NCBI RefSeq assembly: GCF_009914755.1
Contig: NC_060947.1
Length of the DNA: 64,000 bases
Direction: 5' to 3' (one strand)
DNA from: the human T2T-CHM13v2.0 reference genome, Homo sapiens
Both the position numbers and the translations under genes were made by a program. Numbering within the stretch: position 1 is the stretch's first letter; each line of letters starts with the position of its first letter. This document shows positions 21,991 to 42,109 of the stretch, piece after piece. The notes beneath the pieces are model-generated. The model had not been told where the DNA came from. It saw only the letters and a program-made list of their open reading frames with translations, and ran no database searches.

Positions 21991-24809
21991 ATTGTACGCT
22001 ATTTTAAAACAAATATAGCAGATCTTTCATAATGCCAATTTCAAATCTAAATTTTGTTTTTAATTCATTATTCTTTCACTCAGTTATCTGTTTGAATGAA
22101 CAAACTGAACTTTTCAATATCTTTATCATTTCTCTGGGTGATTCAGTGTTGTTTTGTACTTTGTTGTGGTCACTGACACTATTTTATTAAAACCTGTTGT
22201 ATCACTCACATTTCTAGCACCCTAACATAGCAAATGTCTCATTTACAAATCTGTGTAACAATGTCAATTGGATATTTATTGTTCTAAAGAAAATCTACGT
22301 ATTTTAATGCCTACATACACGTAAAAAGAAAACCTTAAAGGAGTAGCATCTTTAATACACATGAACATAAACACATCCATACACAATTTCACAAAGATAT
22401 ACAGAGGAACACAAGCATATACGTGGACACAAAAGTTGCGCACATAGATTCAAGAAGCCCTTGATGAGAGAACAAGGACCTTGCTGGCCCATGCTAGACT
22501 ACTAAAGGTTAAATGTCCTTTTATTTAAAAAGACCACACATGAAGTTGGTAGGCAATTGGAAACTCATAAGACAGTGGGACTTGTAGGTTTTGTCCCTCC
22601 TTAGCACACGTGGAGTAGAAGAGAGAACGGAGGTCTAAAATTACCTTGCCTACCCTGTGAGAATATGTTTAAGCTTGGATATGTTTGTTTCTCTATAACC
22701 TGATCTAATAGGTAGTTTTGTGTCAGGAGAGGTATATGCCATAATATCAGCAAGTGCCTACCTGGAACCATAATTACACATTCAGACCATCTATTTGCTA
22801 CCCCACCACTGCTGATGGCTGAAAACATCTCTAGACAATGGGGTGAAGTCTGCTGTCCTCTGGGCCATATGAAGAAGAAAAGATTGACCCAGTTGGGACA
22901 GCATGAAAGTGGAGGTAAATTTGTTTATTTGATAACTTGTTCAAAGATATTTCTGTGTTTAGTTCAAACTCTGTTCTCTTGTAATAGTAAAAGTAGAAAT
23001 AGTAATAACAATATCCTATATGTGATGATAACTTTGTGATTTCCAAAATAAGATCTTTTAGTATTTGTCAACAAATATTTGTTCTCAATGTTTTTTTTCA
23101 TATTGAAAAATTAAAGAATGTGGGGGTGCCTGGATAGGACTGTAGATTTTATTTTCAAATATGCTGGTGAATGGGAATGTTCTCTGAAAACTGCAAAGCA
23201 CTGGATCAACTTCTATTGTTCCACAGCTCTGAGGGTCATCTTATTCATCTTAAACAAAGTTTGATATTAAAGGAAAGAATTGCCTTATCTAGATGCCCAA
23301 GGTGAGCATGGAGGAAACAGTTTAGTTATTATTATAACTTAGTGTAAGCTTCTTGAAGTAATAGATTCAGGTATGAAAGAAGTGCTGGTATTTAGATTTA
23401 CATAAATATAATTATGTTAATTGGACTAGTTGAAATGTAGCATCAGAATTTACAAATCAGGAGTGAATCCTGCTATTCTTTTGTGATGAGATCCTGCTGG
23501 AAATAAAGTTTCTACCAGTTTAGGTATTTTTTATGGGATGTTGCTAAAAGGCATCTAGGGAGAGAGACACAGATCCAGCTGGCCCATAAGACCTTTTATC
23601 TATAGGGTTTCCCACTCTGACCACTGATCTAAAGGTGGTAGAAAACCTTCATTAAGAGTTAGACAACTTGAATACTTTATTTGTAGCTTTAGAGAAGAGA
23701 CTGTTTGTCAATGCCTTTATACCTTCAACTCAGAACTCCAGTTGAAAAGTCTAGTGTAAAAAAAATCCTCAATAAAATAAAATTTAAATACAAAAATATT
23801 AAAAAATAAATAAAGAAAATAATTGACCCTTAGACTTCATAAGGTAGTTAGTGAAATTTATTTCATAGTGCAACACCCGCCTGAGTTGTGCCCCTCCACA
23901 CGCTCTCCCGACTACTCACCATGCAATGAAGCTGAACTTAATGACTTTAAGTTGTTTAGCTTTTACTACTGCCCTGTTCTTTCTCACAAGCTCTGTGAAA
24001 TGGTAGAAAATATCCTAAGCACGTATGTACAAGCACATCACATACTAGCTACTTGGTTTAAACCTAGTGGTAATTTGGGCTGTGTGGGACCGAAGACCCA
24101 GAGAATAAGGTTGTGAGATTACCAAATTCTTTTATGCAAGCTGCAGCTGCTGTGTTTAAATGCCTCAGGAAATAAAATTTCCTGTTTAGACACTGGTAAA
24201 ATGCAATGGGACATCCTAACAAAGGGGAATGAGAGAAGTCTCACTGTATTACGACAGAAGAATGGACATTATTTTGGGTTCCCAGATGGGATGTGTTATT
24301 TATTTACTTGTGACTGTTTCTTTAAATATTCTCTACCCTGTCCCTATTTTTCTGTACCCTAATTTAATGTTTGATTGTTAATTCTGAGTTGGGAAGGAGA
24401 GGGACTACAGGTAGGAGATAATTTGTGGGGTAGGTCGGTGTATGGGAAGTGAGAGTAGATTAGGACATATATGTATTCACACACACACACACACATGTTT
24501 GTTCACAGCACTTATAAGCTCTTCTCATAGGAATGGGTCTGGTTGGTGGAAGGGAAGGCTGAGAGTATACATTACAGTAGTGGGTATTTGTAATTCATAG
24601 TGGCTGTCATAAAATAAAGTCAACGCTGAAAACTTCTTATGTGTTCAACTTGTAGACATTGAGGTGGAAATGGATGGCGGTGGGGGTATAACATAAAAGC
24701 AAATCCTAAGATGTCTGACTTGGAAAATTTTCCAGGGTGAACAGAGGAAACAAACAGTTTATTCTAGAATCCACTGAGGAATCAAGTCTCTGTCTTCTGT
24801 TTTCATAAC

Positions 24810-25015
24810 TAGAAAATATGATAAAATACACAAATGTTGAGAGTACAGCAAAATGAATTTTTACATATGCATGTGTTTGTATAACCACTACTCATACCAA
24901 CATATATAAGATTTCCAGGACTTTAGAAAGCTCCTTAATGCCCTCTGTCTGTATTTCCCTAGAGGTAACTGTTATTCTGATTTCTATCACCATAGTTTAA
25001 TTTTACATGTTCTTT
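24810..25015 (-). mobile_element. L1M 3' end fragment
   Basis: aaaatacacaaatgttgagagtacagc...gtataaccact...agaggtaactgttattctgatttctatcaccatag. Confidence 0.65.
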
Positions 25016-26509
25016 TTCAATGGAAATTTTTTCCTAGTCCCAAAGACAATGGGTTTGTCTACTTTGTACTAATACAAGATGCTAATAAGAACTTTTTCAT
25101 CACTTTGGTTCAAAAGCAGCCAATTCTTAAATGGCTATCAAATACTACCACTGTTCTTTGCCTCTGTCCATGCTAATTAAAGATCAAATTATTTTTATAG
25201 GAACTCTCAATGCACCAACAAAAATATGTACAATCTATTTGCATGTTATGATAAATCAGTTGAGCTACACACTTTTTAAATGATCTGCAAAATAATAAAC
25301 ATGTGAGGTTCTTCTCAGGTAAATCAGAGAAAGTCTCAATTACACAGGGTAATGTTAATGAGCATGTGATTAGTTACGATATTGGGCACACTTATGGATT
25401 TTTATTTTTTTTCAGACCTAGGTAATTTTTTCTTGAAATAACTTCAGCAACTAGGGATTAAGAGGGAAAGACATGAATGCTATTGAGTAGATCAAAAATT
25501 ATTGATTGCTCCATAAGCCATTGAAATATACACAGAATATATGTGCTCAAACACCTACTTAATTGTTGAGAAGGCCCAGAACAAAATAAATATATTTTAT
25601 TGCTCTCAGATTTTTGAAAAAGTCAAGCCAAAGCTGAATTCTATTTAGGAAGAATTACATTTGTTGGCTAATGATGTTATAATGATATATAAATGCAGCC
25701 TATTCAATGGCCAAGACCAAAGCATTCAATTCACAGGAACCCCTTATATTCCAAGGGTCCTGATAGTCCCTTTGTCTTTTCCATGGAACAGAAAAGATGG
25801 CCACATAACATTATAGGCTCAGACATATAACCACATCTTCATATCACACAATACTTATAAAATTTACATAGTTGTTCTTATGAATAACAAGATGACAGCT
25901 TCTCTGTGGAGATTCACAATCTGAATCTCAAAGTCTAGAAGTTCTGGAAAACTAGGATCCAGGTTGCCTTCCTCCAGATACATGGGATACTTGAATAGCG
26001 AAATTAACTTCATGCTCATGGGCTAGGTTGGTTGAGGTAGGCAGAGTAAGACAATAAAAACAGACAGCTTTTACCTAAAAGTTTGGCTTTGCCAAGTTTT
26101 GAGCCAATCTAGACCAAGGTTATCAGAACATGAGTGAACACAAACACAATGTCCAGAGGTATAAAATAATTTTCTTTTCACAAATATTGTTTTTGTTGTG
26201 GTCTGAAATAAGCCCTGGGGATTTATGTTTCAGTCAGGTTTGATGCCTGTCATATTTGATCTATATAATCAATTGGACACCTCAGCCTCTGATTCCTCTT
26301 CCACATTCCAGTTCCCACACTGGAACTGTAATCTTGTCCTAGAAAAGGCAAAATTGTGTATACAATGGAAAGTATAAGATCTTTGAACACAGTTTAACCA
26401 GGATATATATTATATCATCAGATCCCAGCAAAATTGCAGTGAAGGTTTCTTCAAGTATAGAAAACGTGACTATATATATATTTTTTTTTTTATTATTTTT
26501 GTAACAGTT

Positions 26510-26969
26510 ATGTGTGTGTGTGTGTGTGTGTGTGTGTTCATTTCTAGGGAGATGAGGAGAAAGAAAGAGATATTCATTTACTACAAGGAATTGGCTTGTA
26601 TGATTATGGAGGCTATGTCTCATAGTCTGCAAGATGGAGACCCCAGAGAGCTGGCTGTGTAGTTCCAGTCCAAATCAGAGGGCTTGAAAACAAAAAAAAC
26701 AATGATATAAGTTCCAGTCCAAGAAAATGAGAAGATTGGTATCTAAGTTCAAAGACAAGCAGAGAGTGAATTCTCCCTTATGCCACCTGCCACTTTTTGT
26801 TTTTGTCAGGCCTCCAGCTGATTGGATGAAGCCCACCACATTGGGGAGGTCACTCTTCTTTACTTAGTCTCATTCAGAAACACTGTCACAGACACAATCA
26901 GAATAATGTTGAATGAAATATCTGGGCACCCTGTTCCCTAATCAAGTTGACATAAAAGTAATCATGACA
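26510..26969 (-). mobile_element. Old MLT2-family solo LTR with internal (GT)n
   Basis: tactacaaggaattggcttgtatgattatggaggct...caagttgacataaaagtaatcatgaca, typical of a reverse-complemented MLT2. Confidence 0.75.
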
Positions 26970-27399
26970 GTAGTTTTTACAGGAGGGTTATTCCAGGACC
27001 TGCCTTCCACTATGGAGTCAACAGGGACCAGAAGTTTTTCTTTTTATGCCCCCCATATAGCCAGGATGTAAGATGTTAATCCAAGCTCTATCAACCAGAT
27101 GTTTTCTCCTGAGGCTTTATAACAGACAGAATGAAGCAATCAATTGGTGGGTCTTCATTCATAACCATAAGAATAGTAGCAGCAACAGTAGCTCTCTGAC
27201 TCAACTTGACTGGACTATGAGAAAACTGTCATGGTGTCTGCTTTTTGGCTTTCTGGAGTTTCCTTGGCATCTGCCAATTCTAAAATTTGGTCAGTTATCT
27301 GAGGCCCACATCCTATTTTCAGAGCCTTCAAATAATTTCCATTTTACTTAAGTAATCCAAAGGCAGATATCGACCATTGTAAATAGGAAAAGTAATAAG

Positions 27400-28250
27400 T
27401 ACATATTAATTAAACCAATTTAAATCAGAGATATATTATTGTGGTAAGTGCCTGAGATAGTGTGATGAAAACAGACACTGCTTTCATGGAACTTACAGAT
27501 AAGTTAAAGACATATAAGAAAATATTTACACAAATGTTTCAATCATTGTAGGTGCTACTGGGGGGAAATAAAATTGTGCTTTGGCAGAAGGATAATCATC
27601 TCTTTCAATGAATTAGGAGATAAAAAGGTAAAGAAGGGGGAGGATGCAGGTAAGCTTTGAATGGGTAGAATCGGAAATTTTGACTAATCATCTCAATTTT
27701 CTATGTGAAGCTTGAAATAGCCATTGTTGGGAACTGAAGAGAGAATCTCTACAAAATGTCTGGAGTCCAAGTAAGAGTGATAACCATTAATTTGCAGTGG
27801 TCCCAATATTCAAAGTAGTATTTCTATAGAAGTTGTCAGCAGCCTGAGTTTTGGATTGGAGAAGAAAGAATGATCTGAGTTGAGCTTTTTCTGGGTAAGT
27901 GCAATGGATGGATGAAAGAGAGAGAATAGTAGGGTATTGTCAAGATAGTGGTTGAAGTAGTGAACCATGGGATCAAAGATAAATGGGGAAATATTGTAGG
28001 AAGTCCCCAAAGATTTAGCGAAAGTTGAAGGATTTTGGGGACTGGAGATCTTAATGGTATTGAAAAAATTGTATCAAGTATAACATTTCTGGGTGATTAT
28101 GAGGTCCAGACAATGAGCATAACTGTGGAGGGCTGAAGTAAAGCGGAGGTAATGTCTCTAATGAAGAAGTGGAATCTCAGTTAAAGGAGGGTATGAAAGG
28201 AAGATACAGTGCATGTATATAGGAGATTACTTCTCAGAGGATGGATATTT
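27400..28250. mobile_element. Degraded L2 fragment
   Basis: L2-like purine-rich decayed sequence (aaacagacactgctttcatggaacttacagat...). Boundaries approximate. Confidence 0.45.
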
Positions 28251-29634
28251 CATAGGAATTCCACAGAAATATTCAGTATAGTTAACCAATTCATATAGGA
28301 AGAGAAACTTTCAGATGTTGCTAATAATTTGAAAGTATCACTCTTATTTATTTTTTAATCATGCACCACTTCAGGTACCAAAGCATCACTTTAAAGGAGC
28401 AATTAAAATAGAATAAATAATAAGAGGACAATGCCTTTTTCATTCCAGCAACAGCGCTTCATATTCGTACCAACAAATCTTCTGCCTGTTCTAATCTCCT
28501 ATTATACAAATTACAACTCATTCACTCCCGTGCAACTTTCATGGGACTTCTTCCCCAGTGCTCGGTTTTCTGATTTAGTTCATCCAATTCCAGGATTTTT
28601 GCCTTGGCCCAACATGCTCTTTGAGCTGTGGTGATGTTGTGCTTCTTTCTGTTACCGAAAGCTGAGTAAACTGGCTGGTGATTTGGAGCACAACCAAGTG
28701 GAACAAGTTCATAGCTCAGAACCTCTTTTAGGTTCCAACAAATCCTTACCATGTTCTTGTGCCAAATGGAATCTTATTAAACAAGGATGAGACTCTGGAG
28801 AATGTCTATTGATCACACCTACAATTTGAACTTCACAGATTTATTTCATTACAGCCTTTGCCCCTGAGAATAAACACAGATATACTCAAATGGCAATTTT
28901 CTCATCCATATTCTGGATGCTGCCGTTACCTTAAATGAAATGAAATACTGTATACATGAATACATGTGATCACAGGAGCCTTATAACATCTCATATATGA
29001 TAACAGAGGTGTATATGCACAATTTGCCTTTCACATTGAAAATGTAGCATCAACCAAACCATTCCTTTTTGGGAAAGAACTTCAGAGACACCATAGTTCA
29101 TGAAACAGCCACTCTTATTTCAGAATGCGGTCACTTCCTGGATGAATTTTCCTACTCCTCACTCTTTGTCCAGTTGTTCTACTCACTGTCCTAGGACAAA
29201 CCTGGTTGAGATATGACTTCTGAAATCTCAGGGACTGGGATGGAATATTGGCTCCACTACTTAGAACTTCGTAGCCAGAGGAAAGAGAGCTTTGTAGTTA
29301 CAACTGAAGAAGAAAAAACAAAGGTTGAAGTCAGAGAAGAAGTACTGAGCTTCAGGTCTTAAAAGAGGAACAAAACCAGGAGAGTGCATGCATGTAGTGA
29401 GCACTCAATCAATGTTTATTAAGTGAATCAGTGGGACATGAACTCTGAGTACTGGTAAGAAAGTGAAAAAGGAGGCAGGCAAGGATGCCAAAATTAGATT
29501 TATTTGTGGTATAAAATACTTGATTTAATGGTGAACTTAAAAAGGGAGATCAGGAAAGACAATCCGCTTCCTCCCAAAGAGTCTCCAAGCTACTTGTCTC
29601 TTTTGTGCTGCCTAAACAAATACTGGAAGGTCTT

Positions 29635-35824
<6,190 letters not shown>

Positions 35825-36998
35825 ACAAATATTGGAAGGTCTTCCATCTTTCCCCTGTATTATTCAATAATAATTCCCATTCAACCATTATATTTTAATT
35901 GCTTCTGTCTTTGTACACTTCTACTTTCTATACTTGTATTCTCACATTTGAAAATCTTGGAGCATGCTTTGGTTAGAATTCAATTGTATTTCCTGGTATT
36001 TTTAAGTATTTTTTTAATGTTCAGAGTAACCATATAATCATCTTTATGACTTTTCCTGAACATGCAAAATAATCTGATAGCAGTCACTTAGTGCTTCCTG
36101 ATGCCTTTTGTTTGAGCTGACACCAAATGAAATATTGAATAAACTGAAGAGTTATGGAAGAGTAAAGAAGAAGAATTATGAATCAGCCTTCACTTCAAAA
36201 AATGTTTTTCAATTACAGAACACCATCACCATCAGCAACCCAAATTTATAGCCCTGAGTTAAGCTTTAAGGTCAATGAGTCCGAACGTTTCTGCTGAACA
36301 CAGGAATGTTTATCAAGAGGTGAGAAAAGTATTTGTTTAAATGTTACTGTTTTACATGATTATGGAAGTAATATGTTATAGTTATACAAATTTTGGGAGA
36401 TAGAAATCACAAGAATGAAGTTAAAATCATCCATAAGCCAATGACACAAAATTATAAAACTTGTAATATTTAGTGTATGGATATCCTTTTAGTATTTTTT
36501 AAATCGGGGAGATCTGAACATTTTTAAAAGTAGTGTTATATTTTTATGCATTTGAATGTGTAGTCATTTAACAAACATTTGCTGATTTCTCACTATTAAT
36601 GTGTATGCAGAAATTATTTTGTAATCTGTTTTTCTTATTTAATAATATAAAATTTATCCATACTATTAACTTTGTATCTTGACATACTTGAAAATATTTC
36701 TTTGAATAGACTCACCATATTAATCGTAAAAATTGAAACCAATTTCATATTTCCCATTTATTTTTAATATTATGATTATATATATTAATGGGATGAGCAC
36801 AGCTTGCACATATATTGTTAAGCATATCTATCATTATTTTTGAACAGCTTATTAGTGATAACTGAGTCATCCAAATAATCTTCTCAAATCTCCTCAACAA
36901 TTATCGAGAGCGAAGGAAAGTCATTCCAGAAACATTTATTGCATTTGTACACAGTGGCAAACAGAGCATAGTAATGGACTAGAAGAATTGTGACTATG

Positions 36999-37243
36999 GG
37001 CCGGGCGCGGTGGCTCATGCCTGTAATCCCAGCACTTTGGGAGGCTGAAACAGGCTGATCACGAGGTCAGGAGTTCGAGACCAGCCTTACCAACATGGGG
37101 AAACCCCGTCTTTTCTAAAAATACAAAAATTAGTTGGGACTGGTGGCACGCGCCTATAATTTCAGCTACTCAGGAGGCTGAGGCAGGAGAATCGCTTCAA
37201 CTTGAGAGTCGGAGGTTGCAGAGAAACAAAAAAAGAAACAAAC
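36999..37243 (+). mobile_element. AluS (Sg-like) lacking the last about 60 nt of the right arm, 15-bp TSD
   Basis: ggccgggcgcgg...ggaggttgcag then an A-tail. TSD agaattgtgactatg at 36984-36998 and 37244-37258. Confidence 0.92.
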
Positions 37244-38039
37244 AGAATTGTGACTATGATGGAATACTGAGATATATAAGATATGATTATTGCAATCAAA
37301 TATCTTAGGCTAGAAAAAATATTAAAATTATGCTTTATAAATATTAAACCAGTGTTTAATATCTGTCAAATTTGTGGTACACTTCAGTTGTGTTTTTCTA
37401 TGTGTTAATTTTTACAATACTGCTAAATAATTGTTTAGTAACATCAGAACACATCCAGCTTCTGGTTCAGGGAGGAAATTTAGCTCCTAAGGCAGAAATT
37501 GAATAGACAGCATAGGGCTGGATGTGGCTGAAGTGGAGGGAAGGGGCGAGAGTTTGTAGATGAAGCAATGAGCTTCCTAAGAGTAAAGCAGAACAAAATA
37601 AGAACTTAAAGATAAATTAACCATGTATTTTCAAGGAAAACAGGGTCGCAGGCTGAGATGGGGACTGACCAGAAGTAAACAGAGCTCAGTTCTATGAAGC
37701 TAAATATTCCATACAGGACATAAAGATGCCCTCTGTTCAGGCAACATGGCAGAGACTATTGATTTGAGATGGAGCACAAGTATCAAAGGCAGAACATAAC
37801 AGTAATGTCTTTTTTATAAGGCTAGAGTGCTTTGAGTCTTTCCTAACACCAGAGTAAATGAAATGGTGGGGGAATCAGTTCCACTCTCTTCTGGCTTTAC
37901 ACTTTGACCAATGTGCTAGGGACTCAGCTATTTCAAGAAAGTTCTTTGTAGCTTCCACTCAGGTCCTTAGTGTCTTCCATAAGCCATCAGCTTATGAACA
38001 GGGGCATCCATGAAAATTTTTCTTAGGTGCAGAATAGAT

Positions 38040-38520
38040 CACACTATTTTCTTATTTCTGACCCTTCAATGGGATCTCCATATATTGCAAAAAAGGATTC
38101 ATCTTTTTAAAAGTCCTCTATGACTGGCTCCTGTCTATTTCTCCAGCTTTTGTTCTACCATTAGTTGCCTTATACTGGAGACTTGAACGGAGTTGCTTCC
38201 TCACTCCCTTCTACCTGCAGCCTTTACTGTTAATATCTTCTTTGTTTGAAACAACTTCTTCCTTCCAGTCGTCTCTCTTAGCTGCTTGCCTGGATAAATA
38301 CTTACTGATCTCTCAGGACTCAACAGGAATTACTTTCAGTATTCCTCCTTGATCTCACTGCCTGGCTAAGTTGAAAGCTTCTCTGTGTTCCCAGGTTACC
38401 CTATGCACACCATCATCCCAGTAATTTCAGAGTATGGTGCAGTAAATTTTTTATTTATGTTTATTTACCCATCCCCTCATGAGTGTTTCTGGAAATGAGA
38501 AACAGTCTGATTCAATAATG
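38040..38520. mobile_element. Degraded L2 fragment
   Basis: L2-like pyrimidine-rich decayed sequence. Confidence 0.45.
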
Positions 38521-38869
38521 TCCCACACTCAAAAGTTGTGTGTTGAACTGTATGCTGAATTTCCCAGTGGCAAACTCCACCTCTGCCAAGCCAGAAAGTT
38601 CCAGGCCTTCATTGCCTGGATTTCCAGGATTGACTGATGAGGGGAGCAGTTATTTTAACCCTGGGAACCCAGATACCCTGCATGGTCCTAATATTACTGA
38701 TCAAGTCTTGAATCTGAGATAAAAATTGTTCCCAGGTTCTATGGTGGCAGACCTGTGGTGCCAATTCTATCCTCCTCAGATAATGATAAGAAGGACTTGG
38801 AAATAGTTGGCTCTTGAGTTTTGAAGAATGAGTGAAAAGAGGAAAAGGGCAAGGAGGGTGTAGGTTTAG

Positions 38870-39066
38870 TGATATGGCAGGGGGGCATGGAAGTGTTGGG
38901 TAAAGAAGGGTGTGTTTCCTGGCGAGGGCTCCACCCTGGGGCCTATGTTCATGGACCAAAGTGAGAACAGGCACTTCTGTTTTCATGCCCAAATGTTGCA
39001 TTTTCCAAGATCACCAGTCTGGCCCACCATGCCCTCCATCCTGTGCCCATAAAAACCTGAAACGTT
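38870..39066 (+). mobile_element. MER52/LTR1-like LTR, 5' portion
   Basis: tgatatggcagggggcatggaagtg...gcgagggctccacc...cctgtgcccataaaaacc. Confidence 0.7.
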
Positions 39067-39185
39067 GGCTGGGTGCAATGGCTCATGCCTGTAATCCCAG
39101 CACTTTGGGACGCTGAGACAGATGGATCACCTGAGGTTGGGAGTTTGAGACCAGCCTGACCAACATGGAGAAACCTCGTCTCTAC
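39067..39185 (+). mobile_element. Alu left monomer (right arm absent)
   Basis: ggctgggtgcaatggctcatgcctgtaatcccagc...aaacctcgtctctac, then a microsatellite in place of the linker. Confidence 0.9.
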
Positions 39186-39238
<53 letters not shown>

Positions 39239-39380
39239 CACATATATATATACATATATATACATATATATACATATATATATACACACACATATATACA
39301 CACACACATATATATTATGATATATATATGTGTATATATATAGCTTATGATATATATATATATATATATATCATAAACTA
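39186..39380. repeat. Compound (TA)n/(CA)n microsatellite ending in a 40-bp AT-rich palindrome
   Basis: tagcttatga(ta)10tcataaacta at 39341-39380. Confidence 0.92.
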
Positions 39381-39568
39381 GCAAGGAATCCAGACACTTC
39401 CTTACAGAATATATCTAGCTTATAAAGTAGAATTCTAAGCTAATATGCAATAAAATAACTATGACTTGCAGCCCTACAGTCCCCTTCTAATATGCTGCTA
39501 TTATTCTCATACCTAGGCTTCAGGGTCCTAGTTAAATGGTAGAGTTCTCTTATCCCCCTTGCAAGACA

Positions 39569-39905
39569 TGTGACAGGGGTGTGGATCCCTTGGTTGTCTG
39601 CTGCCCTACCCCTCAAACCCTAGGGGGAGCATGCAAACAGGCAGGTGCAGAGGCTGTGGGGAGTGGTTTTGGGCTTCTGCCCCACAGCAGTGTTTAGGAG
39701 TGGGTGTTGGTGATTCCCGAAGCCCAAGTGGGCATGTGTTACAGTGTGCTCTTTCAGCTTTGCCATCTGCAGACAGCTTGTGTTAATCATAACCAGCTTA
39801 ATAGACCCTCTGTCTTAGGACAGGGGGCCAGTGTGACAGCCTGGGTTCTTGCTCAATGTACCAGAAGAATCGGATCACACATGGGATGGAAGGATGAATG
39901 TAAGG
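39569..39905 (-). mobile_element. MER52-like LTR, 3' portion (opposite orientation)
   Basis: tgtgacagggg...agaagaatcggatcacacatggg...ggatgaatgtaaggttttatt (minus-strand poly(A) signal). Confidence 0.7.
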
Positions 39906-40050
39906 TTTTATTTTATTTTATTTTTATTTATTTATTTTTATTATACTTTAAGTTCTAGGGTATGTGTGCATAACGTGCAGGTTTGATACGTAGGTACACA
40001 TGTGCCATGTTGGTTTGCTGCACCCATCAACTCATCATTTACATTAGGTA
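39906..40050 (-). mobile_element. L1PA 3'-end fragment (about 145 bp)
   Basis: T-rich tail and ttatactttaagttctagggta...cacccatcaactcatcatttacattaggta. Confidence 0.9.
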
Positions 40051-40058
40051 AATGATTA

Positions 40059-42109
40059 GGCCTGTCCTTGGGAATTATAAGGGATTCCTGTTATATGTGT
40101 AATTTTCCGCTGATTTAAGAATTTTTGAAATGTTTTACTACAGTATCCTCGCCCATTATCTGTTTTAATTTTTTCTGGAACTCCCATGACAGCAAAAAAA
40201 GATAATAAATGTCTTTTAACATGGGAAGTACTTTCTCCCGTCTGGCAGGTTGCCCATATGAAATGTGAAAAAGTATCAACTGTCACATGGACAAATGACA
40301 ATTTACCAAATGAAGGTACATGTGTGACATCCATTTGCCATAATGCATCAGGACATAAACCTCTGGGATTAACCCCTGCTTCCTGAGTGGGCAGGTGTAA
40401 GGCTTGACACTGAGCACAATGTTTTACAATATTTTTTGCCTGTTTCCATGTGATATCAAATTTGTTTTTTAATCCTATTGCATTTACATGAGTCAGGGCA
40501 TGAAGTTCTTGTGCTTCCATGAAGGCAGATGATACTAGCAAATCAGCTTGTTCATTTGCCTTAGTTAAAGGCCCTGATAAATTAGTATGTGCTCAAATAT
40601 GAGTAATATAAAATGGGAAATTTCTTTTTGTCACAGTTTGTTGTAATAATTTAAACAGCTGATTTAACTGATCATCCATACTATATTTGATTAGGGCTGT
40701 CTCAACATCCTTTGTAGCCTGTACTACATATGCAGAATCTGAAACAATGTTAATAGGCTGATTAAAATCTTGTAACACTGAAATGACAGCAACCAATTCT
40801 GCTCTTTGAGCTGAGTGATATTGAGTTTTAATGACTCGTTCTTTTGGCCTGGTGTAAGCCGCTTTTCCATTGCTGGAACCATCAGTAAACACCATCAGAG
40901 CATTTTCTAAAGGTTTTTGTCGGTAATTTTAGGTAAAATCCAAGTAGCCAATTCCAAAAACTGTAAGATTTTTGTTTTTGGGTAATGATTATCAATAATT
41001 TCCACAAAATCAGCAAGACCAATCTGCCATGCAGCAGAATTGATAAAGGCTTGTCTAACCTGTTCCTTGTTTAAAGGAACAATGATTTTATCTGGGTCAC
41101 TTTCACACAATTTTACTATTCGCAGTCTTGCCTGACCAATTAATGTAGCCATTTGATCTAAGTACAATGTAAAAGTCTTAACTGTACTGTGAGGAAGGAA
41201 TGACCACTCCACAAGATCTGTATTTTGAGCAATAATGCCTGTTGGAGACTATGCAGTAGCAAAAATCAAAAGTTGGAGTGGGGTTAAGTGATCTATTCTA
41301 CTTACTTGTGCTGACTGAATTTTTTCTTCAACTAATTCATTCTTTTAGTTGCCTCTGGAGTTGATGTTTTTTACTATTCAAGTCTGGATCCTCTCTCAAG
41401 ATAGAAAACATATTTGACATGGCATAAGTAGGAATGCCTAGAGTTGGCTGAATCCAATTAATATCTCCTAGCAATTTTTGAAAGTCATTTAATGTTCTTA
41501 ATGTGTCTTTTCTTATTTCTATTTTTTGTGGCTTAATTTTTCTTTCCTCTACCTGCACTCACAAATAATGAAAAGGAGTGGAGGTCTGAATCTTATGAGA
41601 TGCTATTGTTAGGCCTGTGTTTGCAACGCCTGTCTGCAGAAATGTGTAACAGTCAATTAATTTGTCTCTTGTTTCTGCAGCACACAAAATATCAACATAA
41701 TGAATGATATAACAGGCTGAAAACTTGTCTCTAACTGGTTGAAAAACTTGAGCTACAAAAGTCTGACAAACAGTTGGACTGTTAAGCATTCCCTTAGGCA
41801 ACACTTTCCACTGAAATCTGGTAGCTGGTTCTTTATTATTTATGGTTGGTAGAGTAAAAGCAAATTTTTCAAAATCCTGTTTTGCCAGAGGAATGGTAAA
41901 AAAACAATCCTTTAGATCAATTATAATTAAAGGCCAATCATTGGGGATCATGGCCGGATAGGGCAGCCCAGGTTGGAGAGGCCCCATGGGTTTAATTACT
42001 GCATTAACAGTTCTCAAATCAGTTAGTATGTGCCATCTGCCTGATTTTTTCTGAATTACAATCACAGGAGAATTCTAAAGAGAGAAAGTGGGTGAAACAT
42101 GTCCTTTTT
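40059..42109 (-). mobile_element. pol: HERV-K (HML-2-like) pol fragment (RT, RNase H, N-terminal integrase), no LTR/gag/env
   Basis: Peptides [41 protein letters not shown] (YIDD lacking one D), [16 protein letters not shown]...[26 protein letters not shown]. Several frameshifts and stops. Confidence 0.93.
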
